Part shown: piece by piece, positions 60,013-64,000 of the stretch
Layout: every line of letters starts with the position of its first letter
How positions within the stretch are numbered: the stretch's first letter is position 1
Assembly (NCBI GenBank): GCA_965602015.1
Contig: OZ271918.1
Location: 3,552,001-3,616,000 of the forward strand
Direction: 5' to 3'
From: Salinispira sp.
Lineage (GTDB): Bacteria > Spirochaetota > Spirochaetia > DSM-27196 > Salinispiraceae
Length of the DNA stretch: 64,000 nucleotides
Notes under the pieces: model-generated
Told to the model about the DNA's origin: nothing
The model's input: only the letters and a program-made list of their open reading frames with translations
Databases searched by the model: none
Position numbers and translations under genes: made by a program

Positions 60013-61962
60013 ATGGATTTTCGAGAAATAATGCAAAAACATGGACTAGCTAAGAGTTGGACCTACGAACCAGAACCAGATATTGATTTTGGGTACAAGG
60101 AGGGCCTGACCTGCTTAGACGCTGGATACACTGAGGCAAATGCTAAAGCCGTTGCGATGGCTATTATAGGTACCGCATTATTACGGCCAATGTGTGAGTA
60201 TGAAATCATTGAGCAAGAAGTTACATCCTTTGATCCATCGACTGGAAAATATTACACGGAAGTCAGTCGAAGTGACGAAAGCTCAGTGGGAAAAGCGACT
60301 GGAACCCTTGAGCAGATAATCATCCTCTGCTCGATTAGCTTTATAAAATGGCCTTTGAGAATGATGGACATTCCTTTCGCAGGTAGTATTAGTATCGGAT
60401 TATTTGCCAGGAGCGAATTAGCTGAAGTTGATGGTTTCTTTACGATTAAGTCAGGTAGAGTACTACCCTCTAAAAAGTGTAATCATCTTATAGGCGACCT
60501 TTCCGCCTGGCTTGGACAAGATAAAATCCAAAAATTTATGACCACCGTGCTTCCTGAGTATGCCGATGCCCCACCATTCTTTGACCTGAAGATCGTCTCA
60601 TATTCAATTGAGCCTCCTTTCTACATTATTGAGAACTCGAGAATGGATGATAATAATCTGTCTATTGAACAGAAGAGGATATATCAGTATTTCACCCAAT
60701 TATATAGCTGTGTTATCGGAAATTTCGAACAAGGGAGAGCTAATTTTCGAGAGCTTGAAGCTGAAGCGAAAACTCGACATCACACAAGGATTACCGCTTG
60801 GGAGTCGATGACTGATGCGCTCGATGGGATTGATCAAACTGAAGAATGGAAAGCATGGCGTGAGAATGGCCCTATTGAAAGCGAAACAAAAAGTACCTGG
60901 AAACGAACCAATGCTAAAGTCTTCCGGGGCCAGGTAACAAAGGGAGACATTGAACCAGATGATTGGTTTTGGTACGAGTATGAGTTTTCATACCAGGGTG
61001 AAAACGGACAAGTAGTCAAAGGTCGCTGGAAGCGACGAATCTTTCAGTTGATTGGTCCGGATAACGATTACCTCAAAGAACTCACGACTATAGACCACCA
61101 ATTTGAAATCTTGTATCGAATCGGGGAAATAAAACATTTCGCCATAGACTTTGAAACCAACTTCCGACATTTCCTGGAACAGCAGTATCTGGCAGGATCT
61201 GAACAATTCACATCGACCGGACTTCCTTCTCGCTTGGGTAATTTGATGCTTGAGTATGATCATAATGATGACAGGATAACGGTACGTTTTATTCAAGGTG
61301 AAGGGAAGAAAAATGATTTGATCAACTTCACCTGGACAATGATTGCATCCGGCTACAAAAATATATGCTTCTCATTTTCTGAAGACGCAAAGGTGGCGGG
61401 ATGGGGTCGTATGCATCCAATTGGATCATCGCTTGGGTTCGCTGCACTGAAGAAGTACCTTGAGTTGATCGGTGGAAGCTTTTCTGAAGAGTCAGAACTT
61501 TTTGATTTTGACTCAGTGTTGAATAAAGTAATTGAAGATACTCGTGCCGGCAGGTTCATTCGACCAGAAATCAATTGGGAAAATCCTGATGACTATATTC
61601 CAATGGGCCCTCGACCAGAACACTCTGTATCTGAAATACTCAAGCAGATTTATTTTGATTATGGGAAACTGGGCCAATTTATGTATTGGACGCTTTTTTT
61701 AAAACCAGAACCGGGTAGTGAAATATCAGGTTTTGTGGAGCTGCCAGCGTGTATAAATGATGAAGAAAAATTTTGGTATTCGATGTGTTATCTAAAACAC
61801 GGAGAAAACAAGCACCCTGACTTGGTTAAAGTATTGATAAGGGTTGTTCAAGATAACATAGATATAAATCCTTCAGAGGTGGCAAAAACAGTATTATCGG
61901 CAGATTATCCTGATCTGGAAAAAGCACGGGAAGAAATACGAAAACTAATCCAAGAAGACTAA
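60013..61962 (+). CDS. Hypothetical protein (649 aa)
   Basis: Long ORF with GAGG RBS; no family confidently recognised. Confidence 0.7.
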   Translation: MDFREIMQKHGLAKSWTYEPEPDIDFGYKEGLTCLDAGYTEANAKAVAMAIIGTALLRPMCEYEIIEQEVTSFDPSTGKYYTEVSRSDESSVGKATGTLEQIIILCSISFIKWPLRMMDIPFAGSISIGLFARSELAEVDGFFTIKSGRVLPSKKCNHLIGDLSAWLGQDKIQKFMTTVLPEYADAPPFFDLKIVSYSIEPPFYIIENSRMDDNNLSIEQKRIYQYFTQLYSCVIGNFEQGRANFRELEAEAKTRHHTRITAWESMTDALDGIDQTEEWKAWRENGPIESETKSTWKRTNAKVFRGQVTKGDIEPDDWFWYEYEFSYQGENGQVVKGRWKRRIFQLIGPDNDYLKELTTIDHQFEILYRIGEIKHFAIDFETNFRHFLEQQYLAGSEQFTSTGLPSRLGNLMLEYDHNDDRITVRFIQGEGKKNDLINFTWTMIASGYKNICFSFSEDAKVAGWGRMHPIGSSLGFAALKKYLELIGGSFSEESELFDFDSVLNKVIEDTRAGRFIRPEINWENPDDYIPMGPRPEHSVSEILKQIYFDYGKLGQFMYWTLFLKPEPGSEISGFVELPACINDEEKFWYSMCYLKHGENKHPDLVKVLIRVVQDNIDINPSEVAKTVLSADYPDLEKAREEIRKLIQED

Positions 61963-62077
61963 ACCACTATCCTCGTACTTTGGGTGACTTTTTTATCTTC
62001 GTCTGTTTACATTTTCTAAGTGGGGGGGCATTACCCGCCATAAAAGAGTAAGACCAATTCGACAAGTAGAATTAAAA

Positions 62078-62758
62078 TCAGTTTGATAAATAATCGATAT
62101 AATCATCAATGTCTTTGGTGATCATATACGTGAAATAGTATGATGGATCAGCAATGGGATTTTCAATTCTTATAATGATTGGAAATTCTAACAACGTATC
62201 GAAAGGTACTGTTACCATCCTTCCCCAGGGTAGATCTGACTCATCAATTTCATCTGAGTCTATTTCATTTTGTTCAGCCCTTTGAGCGTATATCCAGGCT
62301 TCATCAGCGTTCAACTTCAAAATATCTTGATATTGAACCACTTCATTTGCATCAAATATTGTAACGAGAAAATTCTGTGGATCAATGTACTCAAATGCTG
62401 TGGCCATGAGATCAAATGTTAGCTGTCCACCGAGAGGAAGCCAATCGAATTCTTCGATACCTGGTTTCGAGGCGCTTCCAATCAATTCATAGCCATCGAA
62501 TAAATTTTGCTGACTAGAAAATACAACATACGCATACCAGGGGCCGGTTTGAATGTCCTCACCAATTAAATAGGTGAAGAACACATCAGTGTCCGAGCTA
62601 AAGGATATTGCCAGCTGAAACTCATCAAGCCATGAATTGTAAATTGATTCAGAGGTTGTGCAGCTACTTAGTACAAATGCAACGATCATCATTATTATGA
62701 TCGAGCTTATATACCTGTGTGCTCGGAAAAAATCAATATGTGGCCGATGGCTTTTCAT
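62078..62758 (-). CDS. Hypothetical lipoprotein
   Basis: Hydrophobic signal + LSSC lipobox; AAGGA RBS. Confidence 0.7.
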   Translation of the reverse strand: MKSHRPHIDFFRAHRYISSIIIMMIVAFVLSSCTTSESIYNSWLDEFQLAISFSSDTDVFFTYLIGEDIQTGPWYAYVVFSSQQNLFDGYELIGSASKPGIEEFDWLPLGGQLTFDLMATAFEYIDPQNFLVTIFDANEVVQYQDILKLNADEAWIYAQRAEQNEIDSDEIDESDLPWGRMVTVPFDTLLEFPIIIRIENPIADPSYYFTYMITKDIDDYIDYLSN

Positions 62759-62827
62759 AACATTCCTTTGGGAAATATGTCGCGTTATTTAAGTATAAAT
62801 TGATTTTTGAACTCACGTGCAGATCAA

Positions 62828-62917
62828 GGCCTCAATGCTGGCGTAAGTCGAAAAATTATGCGACTAAAAAGGAGCCGGGCCATCTGACCAAACTATTATT
62901 CTCAGAGTAGTGCTTAG
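62828..62917. repeat. Degenerate distal arm D (motif + terminator remnant) abutting a 3' remnant of the rve IS
   Basis: GGCCTCAATGCTGGCGTAA...AAAAAGGAG...TGACCAAACT resembles 59653-59723; GAGTAGTGCTTAG matches the transposase end at 54585-54597. Confidence 0.6.
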
Positions 62918-63237
62918 TGAGTAAAAACCATAAGATGAGGCGCTGTCGCCCGATGCTGAAATCCTTTTTAGGCATCAGATTATGCACCTAACTATGCTTG
63001 TAGGGAGCTGGGAATGCGGAAATGTTTCTGCAATCGTTGTAGCCTCTCAAATTAAATTGATCAAACCAGCATAGAAAATCTCACAAACAGTTAAACAATC
63101 TCTCATTCCACTTAGACCGGAAATTTTATCTGCCGACAAAAAAAGAGCAATGGTGTTGAAGTTTGCCGACTCCCCATTGCTCTTAAAACCTCACCCCCAA
63201 AGGGGGCAAATAAACGTTACTTATTTGTCGGATAGTT

Positions 63238-63735
63238 TTGGAAAAACTTCAAGCGCTTGGGAAACAGTTCCACTGGAAAAAACCTGAATGTTGTCCCGAG
63301 TGTGGAAGCATACGGCTATGGGGGCACGGCTTCGTTCTTCGGCAGTTTGTCGGGTTTGCCCAAGGACTGTGGATGAAGCGGTATCGATGTCCGGACTGCC
63401 ATGGGGTTCATACCTGTAGGCCACAGCAGTTCTTGCCGGGGATGCAATATCCTGTTCAAACTCAAATCTCCAGCCTGGAAGCAAAGCTTGCAGGAAAGCC
63501 GTTCCTTCAAACTGTGTCGAGGCAGATCCAGCAGCATTGGTGGAAGACATTTCTCAACCACTGCCGCCGTAGCGGCAACTGGACTGCCCCACATTCGGTT
63601 TTCCTCCGCAGGCAGAGCGATGATCAAATACCAGTAACAACCAGGCGAATATACCGTGAGATCTGGTCAGAAGCCTGCGTACCCTACCTGCCTTTTGCGC
63701 TGACAGTGAAACCGCGTCCATTTAGCCTTGAGTGA
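63238..63735 (+). CDS. Zn-ribbon protein (DUF6431-like) preceding a transposase; start uncertain
   Basis: CPECG...HG..LR...RYRCPDC..HT..P..FLP..QY. Confidence 0.7.
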   Translation: MEKLQALGKQFHWKKPECCPECGSIRLWGHGFVLRQFVGFAQGLWMKRYRCPDCHGVHTCRPQQFLPGMQYPVQTQISSLEAKLAGKPFLQTVSRQIQQHWWKTFLNHCRRSGNWTAPHSVFLRRQSDDQIPVTTRRIYREIWSEACVPYLPFALTVKPRPFSLE

Positions 63736-63764
63736 GAAAACGTATCACTCTCAAGGAGGAGAAA

Positions 63765-64000
63765 ATGGACAGAGAAAAGAAAGAAAAGATCGCAGTATTC
63801 CGCTTCGGGGTCATCTTTCCGCTTGTGGAGAAAGACCTACACCAGTATTGGGGAGAGAAAGAGCGAATCCTGCGGGAGCTGGTCAGCAAGGAATGGGAGA
63901 TTCCCTTTTCAAACCGAAACTACATCAGCAAGGCCACCATCCTGACCTGGGTAAAGCGCTACGAAGATGGCGGGCGGAAGATTGAAGCCTTGTTTCCTGA
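63765..64000 (+). CDS. DDE integrase/Mu-like transposase, N-terminal part (runs off window end)
   Basis: AAGGAGG RBS; MDREKKEKIAVFRFGVIFPL...SKATILTWVKRYEDGG HTH. Confidence 0.75.
   Translation, partial: MDREKKEKIAVFRFGVIFPLVEKDLHQYWGEKERILRELVSKEWEIPFSNRNYISKATILTWVKRYEDGGRKIEALFP

Overview
Bacterial chromosomal window, probably from a free-living spirochaete (inferred from protein style, not proven). Bases 1-48,280 are core and accessory metabolism and regulation genes. They include an ABC exporter, many one-component regulators, hydrolases, a chemoreceptor, an MrpA-less Mrp/Mnh antiporter cluster with a divergent PTS-EIIA + second mrpD operon, a degenerate MDH/LDH-like pair, an orphan RnfD, a nuclease, ferritin, a non-discriminating AspRS and one intact IS256 with its 8-bp target duplication. 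From ~48,290 to the end lies an AT-richer island. It is built from repeated junctions, each made of a tRNA-Leu(CAG) 3' half plus a conserved arm carrying GGCGTCAATACTGGCGTCA motifs. The junctions separate small cargo cassettes with no tyrosine integrase (three toxin-antitoxin loci, a C39-peptidase T1SS, unknown genes), and DDE transposons have invaded the array. The most notable items are: (1) this integron-like tRNA-att cassette array; (2) palindromic mini-elements inserted after TTG in the tRNA fragments; (3) an apparent leaderless Asp-rich leader-peptide attenuator upstream of aspS; (4) a reductive-dehalogenase/QueG-like domain fused to an FprA-type ferredoxin-NADP reductase next to a 7Fe ferredoxin. 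All family calls are from motif recognition by eye; no searches were run.
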